In this document: piece by piece, positions 29,860 through 39,292 of the stretch
Layout of the letters: every line of letters starts with the position of its first letter
Numbering within the stretch: the stretch's first letter is position 1
Assembly (NCBI GenBank): GCA_041659905.1
Contig: JBAZXK010000002.1
Span: forward strand, 201,832 to 265,831
Length of the DNA: 64,000 bases
Direction: 5' to 3'
Source of the DNA: Patescibacteria group bacterium
GTDB lineage: Bacteria > Patescibacteriota > Kazan-3B-28 > UBA10110
Translations under genes and position numbers: made by a program
The notes under the pieces: model-generated
Databases searched by the model: none
Seen by the model: only the letters and a program-made list of their open reading frames with translations
What the model was told of the DNA's origin: nothing

Positions 29860-30813
29860 ATGAAAGTATTTATTACCGGTATTACAGGAACTTTAGGCAA
29901 AGAACTGCTGAGCCGGTTTTATGATCAGTGGGACATTACCGGCTATTCTCGCGACGAATTAAAACAAGCCCAATTGCAACGCCAGTATCCCAATGTGACT
30001 TATCGCATCGGAGATATCAGAGATTACGATGCGTTGCATCGGGCTATGAAAGGAGCGGATGTAGTGATTCATGCGGCGGCAATGAAGCGGATCGAAGTCT
30101 GTGAAGAAAATCCAATCGAAGCCATTAAGACTAATGTGTTAGGCACGGAAAATGTGGCCCGGGCGGCTTTTTATCATGGCATTACCAAGGCGGTGACGAT
30201 CGGCAGCGACAAAGGCGTTGATCCGGTGAATGCTTACGGAATGACGAAAGCCCTGCAGGAAAAAATCTTTATTTCCTACGGCTATAATTGCGTGCGCTAC
30301 GGTAATGTCTTCGGTAGCCGCGGCAGCGTCGTGCCGCTGTTTTATCAGCAGGCGCAAACAGGGGAACAACTCACCGTCACGGATCCAAATATGACAAGGT
30401 TTATCTTAACTATCGACGAAGCCATCAATTTAATTATGTTAGCGCTCAATAGCCCGATGCGGGGCGATGTGTTTATCAAAAGATCGCCGGCGGCTCGGCT
30501 GATTGATATTGCCCACGCTTTTTCCGATAACGTAAAAGTGATTGGCAAAATGCGAGGCGAAAAATTGCATGAAGCCTTGGTCTCGTCCGAGGAATTTACT
30601 CGGCTGACCGAAGCTGAAAACGGTTTTGTAGTTATTGGCAAGGAATTAGTCAGAACGGAATACGGCACTGCCTATACTTCCGACCGAGAACGATTATTGT
30701 CTGTGCCAGAAATTCAACAATTATCTGCCAAAGTTTTAGGCGTATCCCAATATACCGAAACTTTTACCATGGCAGCGCCTCAGCCTGTTTCGGCTGTGTC
30801 TAAGAAAGAATAA
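29860..30813 (+). CDS. CapD/PseB/FnlA-like UDP-GlcNAc 4,6-dehydratase (short-chain dehydrogenase fold)
   Basis: VFITGITGTLGKEL Rossmann motif and NAYGMTKALQEKIF active-site block. Confidence 0.65.
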   Translation: MKVFITGITGTLGKELLSRFYDQWDITGYSRDELKQAQLQRQYPNVTYRIGDIRDYDALHRAMKGADVVIHAAAMKRIEVCEENPIEAIKTNVLGTENVARAAFYHGITKAVTIGSDKGVDPVNAYGMTKALQEKIFISYGYNCVRYGNVFGSRGSVVPLFYQQAQTGEQLTVTDPNMTRFILTIDEAINLIMLALNSPMRGDVFIKRSPAARLIDIAHAFSDNVKVIGKMRGEKLHEALVSSEEFTRLTEAENGFVVIGKELVRTEYGTAYTSDRERLLSVPEIQQLSAKVLGVSQYTETFTMAAPQPVSAVSKKE

Positions 30814-31730
30814 TGGTTGTTAATAAACCTAAAGTGGCTATTTTGGGAGTTACCGGTATGGTCGGCAGCTCGATTTATCAAACCCTGCAAGATAAATACG
30901 ATTTGGTATTGGTATGCCGGAATAAAGAAAAATTAAATTTGTTGGATCAGCGCTATGGGGGAGTCGGTCAGCATTCGATTTACCAATTGGATGTAAATAA
31001 TATTTATCGGGAATATCTCAGAGATACGGCGAAGGGAGCGCTCTTAAGCCCTACTTTGACTAAATTAGTTAATGAATTATCGACTTGTGATTGGGTAATT
31101 AATGCCCTCGCTATTATTACGCCTTATTGTGAAATTGATCCCGGTTTAACTTTTTTTATCAACAGCGCTTTTCCGCACCTGTTAGCCGAAACACTGGGCC
31201 CTAAGCTTATTCACATGACTACCGACTGTGTGTTTAGTGGCTCCACAGGCGCACCTTATGATGAGGTGGCTCCCAAGCTCCCTCCCGACATTTATGGGCT
31301 ATCTAAGGCTCTTGGGGAGCCCCAGAAGGCCCTTGTCATGAGGACTTCGTTCATCGGGCTCGAGTTAACTGGCAATCGCAGCCTGCTGGCTTGGTTGATT
31401 AGCCAAAGAGGCAGAACCATTAATGGCTATACTAATCACTGGTGGAACGGTATTACTGCGCTAGAGTTCGGCCATATTTGCCAAAAAATTATCGATCGCG
31501 AAATTATGCCAGAGCCTGGCATCTACCATGTTTTTTCTGAAGATATTACCAAGCACGATTTATTAGTGAAGTTAAATCAGAAATTTAATTTAGGTTGTAC
31601 GATTAACCCGGTGGCGGCACCTTTGGCGATCGACCGCCGGTTGCGCACAATCAAAAATCTGAATCAACAACTCCAGATTCCATCATTGGATGCTATGATC
31701 GCCGAACTTGCGTCATCCCAAAACATATAA
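30813..31730 (+). CDS. RmlD-fold sugar-nucleotide reductase/epimerase (CapF/FnlB-like candidate)
   Basis: VAILGVTGMVGSSI Rossmann motif. Start overlaps the upstream stop. Confidence 0.5.
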   Translation: MVVNKPKVAILGVTGMVGSSIYQTLQDKYDLVLVCRNKEKLNLLDQRYGGVGQHSIYQLDVNNIYREYLRDTAKGALLSPTLTKLVNELSTCDWVINALAIITPYCEIDPGLTFFINSAFPHLLAETLGPKLIHMTTDCVFSGSTGAPYDEVAPKLPPDIYGLSKALGEPQKALVMRTSFIGLELTGNRSLLAWLISQRGRTINGYTNHWWNGITALEFGHICQKIIDREIMPEPGIYHVFSEDITKHDLLVKLNQKFNLGCTINPVAAPLAIDRRLRTIKNLNQQLQIPSLDAMIAELASSQNI

Positions 31731-31732
31731 CT

Positions 31733-31802
31733 GTCATCCTGAACTTCCCACTTCCGTCATCCTGAACTTCCCACTTCCGTCATCCTGAACTAGTTTCAGG
31801 AT
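31733..31802. repeat. 23-bp tandem (gtcatcctgaacttcccacttcc) x~2.6 ending in the palindrome atcctgaactagtttcaggat
   Basis: Read directly. Overlaps the 3' end of the GIY-YIG gene. Confidence 0.6.
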
Positions 31803-32080
31803 CTCCCGAAGAGGTCTTCCCACTTTGGGTTGTTACTCTCAATTAGATTAATCTTCCACTCCCGATGCCAACGCTTTAATTGCTTCTCTCTTTGAATAGC
31901 TTCAGCAATAGTTGGGTATTCTTCCGAGTAAACTAATTTATTGAGATTGTATTTTCTCGTGAAAGAATCTGCCTGGCTGATCAAGTGTTGTTCTGATCTT
32001 TTCATCAGTTGGCTAGTAACACCGATATACAAGATACCCTTTGGCTTATTGGTGAGGATATAAACATAACCTTTCTTCAT
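31796..32080 (-). CDS. Small GIY-YIG nuclease family protein (YhbQ-like)
   Basis: KGYVYILTNKPKGILYIGVTSQLMKRSEQH matches the GIY-YIG motif. Confidence 0.75.
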   Translation of the reverse strand: MKKGYVYILTNKPKGILYIGVTSQLMKRSEQHLISQADSFTRKYNLNKLVYSEEYPTIAEAIQREKQLKRWHREWKINLIESNNPKWEDLFGRS

Positions 32081-32095
32081 AACCCCATTATAGAG

Positions 32096-32236
32096 ATCCT
32101 GAAATAAATTCAGGATGACGAAAAGGAGATATCCTGAAATGTAGAGAAATAAATCCTGGACCCTCCTACACTGAAACTACGGACGGGCAGGCAAGTCAGG
32201 ATGACGAAGTTAGGGATACTTCGTCAGTTTAGGATG
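32096..32236. repeat. Palindromes of the same family upstream of the GIY-YIG gene
   Basis: atcctgaaataaattcaggatgac, and gtcaggatgacgaagttagggatacttcgtcagtttaggatg. Confidence 0.55.
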
Positions 32237-32328
32237 GCTGGTTAAGGGAAGATTGACTGATCAGGAGTTTTTTGGTAGATTAGCAAATTCAAGTTGTTTA
32301 TTGAAAAATCAAAATCTGCACTGATTCA

Positions 32329-33075
32329 GTGCGAAAGGACACCAATATGGTAGGTCAAGAATCCTTGTCGCGAGACAAACCAGTATTAGTGGGAGGCAAA
32401 CCACTTATCCCACATTCGGAGTTGCTTCCTGTGGGAAGCGGTTTGTCTGAGCACCTGGAAGTGACCGGTCAGCTAACCACGATCAGGACTCAGTTCTTCG
32501 TCATTAAGATCAGAAAAGGGGGTACGCTGGAAAAGCCCAATTCTCAGGTGGAGATTACTTCTCGACCGGCCTTTGAAGTCGCTCTCTTAAGTCGGGACAA
32601 TGACAATAATGTCTGTGTCCAGCTGATGACTAAGCAGCGCCTGGAAGGGTCTGCGGCTCCCTGGCGAGGATTGGATGTCGAGAAATTCACGGGCGGATAC
32701 TGCACTGATAACAAGGACCAGCTGACCTGGGGATTCGTCCAGGACCGGATCAAGGCATTAACCGGTTATGTCATCGATCTGGATTCATGCGGCGTGGTCG
32801 GCTGTGTAGTTGGTCATACTGAGGTGGAATTCCCGATCGCCTTGTTGTATGCCACTCGGTGGGAGGTTGTCGATGAGCCTCCGGCTGGTGTGAAAGTATT
32901 CACCGCCACTTTGGAACAGGCCAAACATCTGGCCTGGGCAGCTCTCCAGCGGGAAATGGACAATTCTCTTGCCGATAATGTTTCTCCTATCCCCCAGTGT
33001 CTGGAAAATGACACTGGCTTGGAGATAGTCTTCGGCCTGGAACGTGCGCTGCCAGCCGGTCATATCCCGATCTGA
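32329..33075 (+). CDS. Hypothetical protein, GC-richer than surroundings
   Basis: ORF only. No motif recognised. Start may be ATG at 32347. Confidence 0.35.
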   Translation: MRKDTNMVGQESLSRDKPVLVGGKPLIPHSELLPVGSGLSEHLEVTGQLTTIRTQFFVIKIRKGGTLEKPNSQVEITSRPAFEVALLSRDNDNNVCVQLMTKQRLEGSAAPWRGLDVEKFTGGYCTDNKDQLTWGFVQDRIKALTGYVIDLDSCGVVGCVVGHTEVEFPIALLYATRWEVVDEPPAGVKVFTATLEQAKHLAWAALQREMDNSLADNVSPIPQCLENDTGLEIVFGLERALPAGHIPI

Positions 33076-33213
33076 CCGAACATCCGCACATCTATTATTA
33101 GAATGTACCCAACCGCCCTTTCCGGGCGGTTATTTTTTAGTGTAAAATCAGATTTATTCTGATATGATAATAACCTGTTTACAGATAAGATAGAGATAGA
33201 ATAAACTCTTTAG

Positions 33214-33966
33214 ATGAACACAGATAATACTAATATCGAACAACAAATTATTCACCAGTTTGACGTGGTGGGTGATAAGTGGGTGGAAGAGAGCGTGCAT
33301 CCCTCTAATTTTGAATTAACTGAAATTCTAGAATTTGCCCGTCAATTCCCTGCTGGCGCTAAGATCCTGGATGCCGGGTCCGGCAAGGGCAAATTTTCGG
33401 TAGTCTTGGCTAAGCAGGGTTTGGTAGTTACGGGAGTAGAACCAGCCGCCCACCTGACTGCTTGTGCGCGTAGCCAATATCCCGAGATTGATTTTCAGGT
33501 TGCCTCGTTAACTACCTTACCGTTTCCGAATGAATTATTCGATGGCATCATTTGCGTGGAAGTGTTGGGCCATATTCCCGATTTAGAAAAAGCTATCCAA
33601 GAATTATTTCGTGTCCTTAAACCCGGCGGAAAATTATTAATTTTAGACAAAAATATCCGCTCCCTAAATCATTTATATTTTTTGCCGACAAAGTGGTGGC
33701 GGGGGTGGCGGCAACTGATTGGTCAGCGGATGTATCCCACTGATTTTCCTTTCCAAGATAAATATTTTGTTCCTACTGAGCTAGATCAGTTGCTTGGGCA
33801 ATATAGTTCTGAGCATAAATTCAGAGGAATTGCTTTTCATCCGGATGTTAAAGAGCGGCCTGTATTAAAACGATTGTTCTGGCGAATTCATCAAAGTATT
33901 ACGCGGTGGTTTCATCACATCGCTCCTAATCTAGATTTCTTCATGGCCTGGGAAGCTACTAAATAA
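33214..33966 (+). CDS. Class I SAM-dependent methyltransferase
   Basis: ILDAGSGKGKFS (motif I) and LKPGGKLLIL. Confidence 0.7.
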   Translation: MNTDNTNIEQQIIHQFDVVGDKWVEESVHPSNFELTEILEFARQFPAGAKILDAGSGKGKFSVVLAKQGLVVTGVEPAAHLTACARSQYPEIDFQVASLTTLPFPNELFDGIICVEVLGHIPDLEKAIQELFRVLKPGGKLLILDKNIRSLNHLYFLPTKWWRGWRQLIGQRMYPTDFPFQDKYFVPTELDQLLGQYSSEHKFRGIAFHPDVKERPVLKRLFWRIHQSITRWFHHIAPNLDFFMAWEATK

Positions 33967-33981
33967 TTTTATCCAGCCAGC

Positions 33982-36429
33982 ATGTCTAAAAGTCGTTTCA
34001 GTTTTGTGGGGAAGATAGGTCGGACGACTCGCAATTTGCTGAGTAAATTTGGCCTGCGGCAAAGTTGGCAATTATTGTTTGGTCAAACCGCTGCCCCGGA
34101 TTGGTCTGCCTTAGAAAGATTACAAGCGGCGGTCGATTGGCTAATTAATGCTTTTGGGGCAACCGGGGGTCAAGGATTTTCGGCTTACTATTCTTTACTA
34201 TCCGGCTGGGGTAAATCCTACGCCGAAACTACGGGGTACATTATCCCGACCCTTTTAAAGTTCAGTCGAGAGTTTGATTACCGACAGGCTGAGATTAAGA
34301 AAATTTGCACAACTTCCGGTGAGTGGCTGCTCACCGTTCAGCATGCCGACGGCTCTTTTTCTGGCTACGACAATGATGTGCCGGTAATTTTTAACACCGG
34401 CCAAGTCGTCGTCGGACTAATGGAACTTTATCGCTTAACTAATGATGTCCGGTACTTGCAGGCTGCCCAAAGAGCGGGGGATTGGTTAGTAATTAACCAA
34501 GAAGCCGATGGTTCGTGGATCAAATATGCTTATAACGGAATTAAACATGCCTATAATTCATTAGTTGATTGGCCGTTAGTAGAATTAAGTAAACTGACCG
34601 GTCAAGCCGACTATATGGCAGCAGCCGTAAAAAATTTAGATTGGGTGTTAGTGGAGCAGCAAGCCAATGGCTGGTTTAATTACTTTGGATTTACAGACGA
34701 GCCGAAATCGGTTTTGCATACCATCGGCTATACTTTGCAAGGCTTGATCGAGGCGGGGAATAGTTTGGGCCAAACTAAATATATTGCAGCCGCTAAACGC
34801 ACAGCCGATTATTTAACTGATTTGAATGATCGGCAGATTTTATTCAGTTTTTATAATACGAACTGGCAATCTGCGAGTTATTCCCGTTGTTTAACTGGAT
34901 TGGCGCAAATGGGGATAGTCTGGGAGCGTCTCGCAGAACTATATCCGGAAGAAAGTTCACGCTACCGAACGGCTGCTCAGAAAGTCTGGAATTATTTAGT
35001 AGAACACCAGATCACGACTTTGCCCCATGCAGAAATACGAGGTAGTTTGCCGGGGAGTGCGCCAATTTGGGGAGATTATTTACCCCTGGCTTTTCCGAAT
35101 TGGGGAGTGAAATTCTTTATTGATTTAGGTTTGTTATTATATGCCAAACAAATTCCTATTTATTCTCAAAATTATCCAGCTCCGGTTCAGTCCAAACATG
35201 TTTTAGTGGTGTCTTGTTTCTTCCCGCCTTTGCAGGTAGTGGTGAGTACGATGATTTCTAATCTAATAAAATATTTACCCCGATTTGGTTGGCAGCCCTT
35301 GGTAGTAGCCGCCCAATCGTCCAGAGAATTTAAGTTAGATCTAGAATCGTTACAGCAAGTTCCGCTAAATTTGCCAGTTTATCGAACGAAAGTTTGGGAA
35401 AATATTTTTACTCGAGCAATGAACCGACTTGGGTTAGTGTCAGACTCAATGTTCGGTTGGTGGGGATCGGCCGTCCGAGCGGCTAAGTATTTGCATCGCC
35501 GGCGCCATATCTCTGCCATCATCTCTCGCTCTAATCCCATCACCAGCCATTTGGTGGCGTGGTGGCTTACGCGCTATGTGATGCCGGGCACACCATGGCT
35601 AGCTATTTTCGGCGATCCCTGGGTAAATAATCCTTATAGACAGCAGCGCCATTATTGGCCGTTGATCCAAAAATGGCAGACCTATTTGGAAAGGGGTATA
35701 TTGCACTCTGCTACAAAAATTATTGTCACCACTGAATCAACCAAATCTTTCTTGGTTGATTGGCCGAAATGGCAATCTAAAACGGAAGTTTTACCGCATG
35801 TGTTTGATGATCAAAGTAAATTTAATTTACCTATGGCCAACCCTTCTGATAGAAAAATATTAAAAGCTACTTTTGCCGGGAATTTTTATGGCGTCAGATC
35901 GCCCGAACCGCTGTTTAAGGCTCTCAAACTCCTGAAAGAAAATGATCCCGAGGTATTCACTCATCTAGAGATAAATTTATGGGGTAAGTTGAGTCCGTTT
36001 GAGTACCTTCTGCAGACTTACGGAATAGAAAACAATGTGATCTATCATGGTGAAGCTCCGCGCTCCCGAATATTATCCGAACTGGCTACGAGTGACTTGC
36101 TAATTTTAATTGATGCACCCAGTGTGAGCGAGAGCATCTTTTTGCCAGCTAAACTAATGGATTATTTAGCCGTCCGACGGCCGATTTTAGGTATTACCCC
36201 GGTAGGCGAATCAGCTCGCCTCATTCAATCTACTAAAACAGGCACCGCGGTGTCTCCTGATGATGTTTCTGGTATCGCTGCTGCTCTGCGTTCTTATTAT
36301 CAGTCGTTTTGCCAACAGCAATTGATTTTTCAGTCCGATGAAATCGAACTAAGTAAATATCATGCTACCGCGGCAGCGCAGAAACTAGCTGAATGGCTAG
36401 ATCAGCTAATCCCAGACAGGCTGCACTAA
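33982..36429 (+). CDS. Fusion protein: N-terminal alpha/alpha-toroid (prenyltransferase/terpene-cyclase-like repeat) domain + C-terminal GT-B glycosyltransferase
   Basis: Repeated ADGSFSGY / ADGSWIKY / QQANGWFNYF motifs. C-terminal PAKLMDYLAVRRPILG GT-B block. Confidence 0.5.
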   Translation: MSKSRFSFVGKIGRTTRNLLSKFGLRQSWQLLFGQTAAPDWSALERLQAAVDWLINAFGATGGQGFSAYYSLLSGWGKSYAETTGYIIPTLLKFSREFDYRQAEIKKICTTSGEWLLTVQHADGSFSGYDNDVPVIFNTGQVVVGLMELYRLTNDVRYLQAAQRAGDWLVINQEADGSWIKYAYNGIKHAYNSLVDWPLVELSKLTGQADYMAAAVKNLDWVLVEQQANGWFNYFGFTDEPKSVLHTIGYTLQGLIEAGNSLGQTKYIAAAKRTADYLTDLNDRQILFSFYNTNWQSASYSRCLTGLAQMGIVWERLAELYPEESSRYRTAAQKVWNYLVEHQITTLPHAEIRGSLPGSAPIWGDYLPLAFPNWGVKFFIDLGLLLYAKQIPIYSQNYPAPVQSKHVLVVSCFFPPLQVVVSTMISNLIKYLPRFGWQPLVVAAQSSREFKLDLESLQQVPLNLPVYRTKVWENIFTRAMNRLGLVSDSMFGWWGSAVRAAKYLHRRRHISAIISRSNPITSHLVAWWLTRYVMPGTPWLAIFGDPWVNNPYRQQRHYWPLIQKWQTYLERGILHSATKIIVTTESTKSFLVDWPKWQSKTEVLPHVFDDQSKFNLPMANPSDRKILKATFAGNFYGVRSPEPLFKALKLLKENDPEVFTHLEINLWGKLSPFEYLLQTYGIENNVIYHGEAPRSRILSELATSDLLILIDAPSVSESIFLPAKLMDYLAVRRPILGITPVGESARLIQSTKTGTAVSPDDVSGIAAALRSYYQSFCQQQLIFQSDEIELSKYHATAAAQKLAEWLDQLIPDRLH

Positions 36430-37906
36430 TTAAATGTCTTTTCAGGTAGCGGATCAATCGTTGCCACCAACTAATCGGCCAAAGCATTTCTCCAACTAGA
36501 TGTAGTTGGAGTTTTTGGGTCGGAGTAAAGGGAATAGCCGATAACACTACGAACGGACGGAAATAATCAGGCGAATAGCCGATCAATACCACATAGGGCA
36601 AATTTAGGCGTTCAGAAATGTGTTTGAGCGTCTGTTGCCAGGTCCGACCTTGATAACATTCCGGTTGTTGAGCCAATTCGATAATTAGTCCGATCGGGTG
36701 GGAGCTGGCCAAGTCGGTTAAGCATTGATCGGGATGTTCAATATGGTGATAAACGGACAACATGCCGTAGACTATACGCGATTGATGAGTTATCGCCGGG
36801 GTAATATCATCGTTGCCGCAGGTCAAGTCGTAAAATTCTGTCCGGTCGTTACCATCAATAAAATTTAATAGCCGAGCAAGGCGATTATAGGCACTTACCC
36901 CTTCGATGCCTCGGCTGGATTGGACAAAAGGCAGCTGACTGACTGCCCGCGTGAGAGTGCCTAGATTACTGCCGATATCGATAAAAGTAATATTTTGTTT
37001 GCCCCAAACAATAGTTAGAAGGGATTTTACTAACCCTAATCTTAGGTCTCGGGCGGGACGTTGCCCGGGGAGCCACAAACCGGGGAGTTTAATAGTTTGA
37101 TAACTCTCACTTTTCAAACCGTGATCTAAACTCCGGCAAATGCCAGTAGCAGAATTATAGGCAGCTGTGCTAGCCAGTTGGCTGATCTTTGTTTTTAATC
37201 TATTTTGAAAAACATTTTTTAATTTATTTAAACAAGGGTGCCCCGCTATCATATTTGGCACCACCATAGGGGTTTGTCCTGTATTGCCTAAGTAGTTGTA
37301 GCCTTTAACATCTAAAGAGTTGGCGAAATCAGTAGTTTGTGGCAGGTGTCTCGCTTCTTCCCAATCGACAATCACCGGAATTTTCTCGCGAAACATTATA
37401 TTCTTTTCGTGCAAATCAGTATGGATATCTTGATTGGCAAAGATTTGTCGGACAAATTGTTTCAGCTGTTGGTAACAGGTGATGATTTCTTCAGGAGAAA
37501 GGGTCGCCATACTATCGTCAAATCTAGTCAAAGATTCTATAATCAAAAAACTAAATCCGGATAATTCGGTATAACCGATAACTTTCGGGACATGCGGGCT
37601 GGTTTGGTATTTTTGTAAAAAGTCGTATTCGTTTTTTAAGGAAGGTAGCAAGATGAAGGCTGACTCGGCCTCTAGTTTGCTTTCGACCGTTACTGAAATA
37701 TGCTTGGCTTTCATGAAGTAGGTGGTGCCACCAGAGGTGATTTTAAATAAGCTACTGCCGCCGCCAGGGCTCCAAATGCGAGAGAGAGATTGCCAAGTAC
37801 CAGGAATCCCGAGCTTGTTTAAGGCTGCCAAAATTAAATCTGGTTTAGCTAAAATCACATCCAGGTATTTTTCTTTATTCGCGAGAGCAACGGGGTTATG
37901 TTGCAT
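36365..37906 (-). CDS. Fusion protein: APH/choline-kinase-fold kinase + FkbM-family methyltransferase
   Basis: HTDLHEKNIMF (HxDxxxxN catalytic loop), IVDWEEA, and FIDIGSNLGTLT (FkbM motif). Confidence 0.5.
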   Translation of the reverse strand: MQHNPVALANKEKYLDVILAKPDLILAALNKLGIPGTWQSLSRIWSPGGGSSLFKITSGGTTYFMKAKHISVTVESKLEAESAFILLPSLKNEYDFLQKYQTSPHVPKVIGYTELSGFSFLIIESLTRFDDSMATLSPEEIITCYQQLKQFVRQIFANQDIHTDLHEKNIMFREKIPVIVDWEEARHLPQTTDFANSLDVKGYNYLGNTGQTPMVVPNMIAGHPCLNKLKNVFQNRLKTKISQLASTAAYNSATGICRSLDHGLKSESYQTIKLPGLWLPGQRPARDLRLGLVKSLLTIVWGKQNITFIDIGSNLGTLTRAVSQLPFVQSSRGIEGVSAYNRLARLLNFIDGNDRTEFYDLTCGNDDITPAITHQSRIVYGMLSVYHHIEHPDQCLTDLASSHPIGLIIELAQQPECYQGRTWQQTLKHISERLNLPYVVLIGYSPDYFRPFVVLSAIPFTPTQKLQLHLVGEMLWPISWWQRLIRYLKRHLISAACLGLADLAIQLVSALPR

Positions 37907-37920
37907 AGCTTTTTACTGTG

Positions 37921-39288
37921 TTAATTTCCTAAGACGTAGTGCTGGAAGAGTTGGCTATTTTTTTTGATATCATGGTTAGTAAAAAACACTCTTTGGGCGT
38001 TAGTGACTAATCTCTGAGCCAGAGCAGTATCACCAATAAGCTGGCGGATGGCATTTTGGAGAGCGGTAATATTTTCTTCGTCGACCACCGCGGCAAAATC
38101 ATTTTCTTTAGCATATTTAACGAGATGGCTTGTCTCCGGGGCATGAATTAAAATTGGCCGGCCGGCGATCAAAAAATCAGTCAGCTTCCCAGGGGTCGCC
38201 GTATTGATAATATCAGGACTTTGTGTCTGCCAGGACAAAGGAATAAATAGAATATCGGCTTGACTTTGGATTTTAGGCATCTCGCTGCCGGGCGCTACGT
38301 TGTATTCAATTTTAGGGCTCGCAATCCCCAGAGCTTTGAGATATTCGGGTGGACTGGGAGAATAGATTTTGAGCCGAACATCAATATCGGTGAGTTGATC
38401 TAAAGCAGTGATGAGATTCTTTAGGCTGCGGGTTTGAGCCCAGTAAACGTTGCCGGTAAACAAAATATAATAAGGCGGCTGGTGCGGGATAATCGGTGTT
38501 TGCAGCTTTAAATAAGGGTCCGGATTGGTTGAATTATGAATCACGACTATTTTGTCAGCCACTTTTTGGCCGTACCGGCGCCGATAAAATTCTTTGGTTT
38601 CCTGGTTAGTCACCATAATTTTTTGAGCGGCTTTGATTAGACGAGGCTCAAAAATTGTCGCCAAAATTTTGCCAGTTAGGGGTAAAAGATTGCCTTTATA
38701 AATATCAAACAAATAAATGTAAAATGGGATCCCGGTGGCACGGTGGATATAGTAAGTCCCGACCATGGCCGGACCGTAATCGGAAAAACCGATCATCAGG
38801 TCGCTCTGATCATCTTTAATGGCACGGCGGCCGTGCCGAATAATTAAGGGAATTTGTCCTAGAATAAGCGGAGCGGCAATCAGAGCTTTCACTAAACTGT
38901 TACGTTTTAAAAAGCGCTTTAACTTAGCTACCAAGTCCATTTTGACGGCAGCTGACAGGGGGGCTTTCACCCAAGCCGGGAATAAAAAAGTTTTACGTAA
39001 GAATTTCTTAAGCTTAACCATCGGGTTGATCGCTACTTCCGAGGGTGCCACTTCTTGGTGTTGCCGGGTAGTGGGAGTAGCGGTGAGATTGTCATAAAAA
39101 ATATATTTTCCAGGTAACCAAGTGCCGATTTTAGCAGAAATATTATCAATATTATAAAAACTGGTCAAAATCGTGTAAGATTCCGGCGGGAAGGTTTCTA
39201 GTAAATTAGCCATAAAGCGAGGGGCTCCGGCCAAGAGCGGCGGCGCGTACGAGGAAACCAAGAGAATTTTTTTATTTTGATTAGTCAT
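37921..39288 (-). CDS. GT-B glycosyltransferase
   Basis: C-terminal PGKLTDFLIAGRPILIHAPE block. Confidence 0.5.
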   Translation of the reverse strand: MTNQNKKILLVSSYAPPLLAGAPRFMANLLETFPPESYTILTSFYNIDNISAKIGTWLPGKYIFYDNLTATPTTRQHQEVAPSEVAINPMVKLKKFLRKTFLFPAWVKAPLSAAVKMDLVAKLKRFLKRNSLVKALIAAPLILGQIPLIIRHGRRAIKDDQSDLMIGFSDYGPAMVGTYYIHRATGIPFYIYLFDIYKGNLLPLTGKILATIFEPRLIKAAQKIMVTNQETKEFYRRRYGQKVADKIVVIHNSTNPDPYLKLQTPIIPHQPPYYILFTGNVYWAQTRSLKNLITALDQLTDIDVRLKIYSPSPPEYLKALGIASPKIEYNVAPGSEMPKIQSQADILFIPLSWQTQSPDIINTATPGKLTDFLIAGRPILIHAPETSHLVKYAKENDFAAVVDEENITALQNAIRQLIGDTALAQRLVTNAQRVFFTNHDIKKNSQLFQHYVLGN

Positions 39289-39292
39289 CGTG

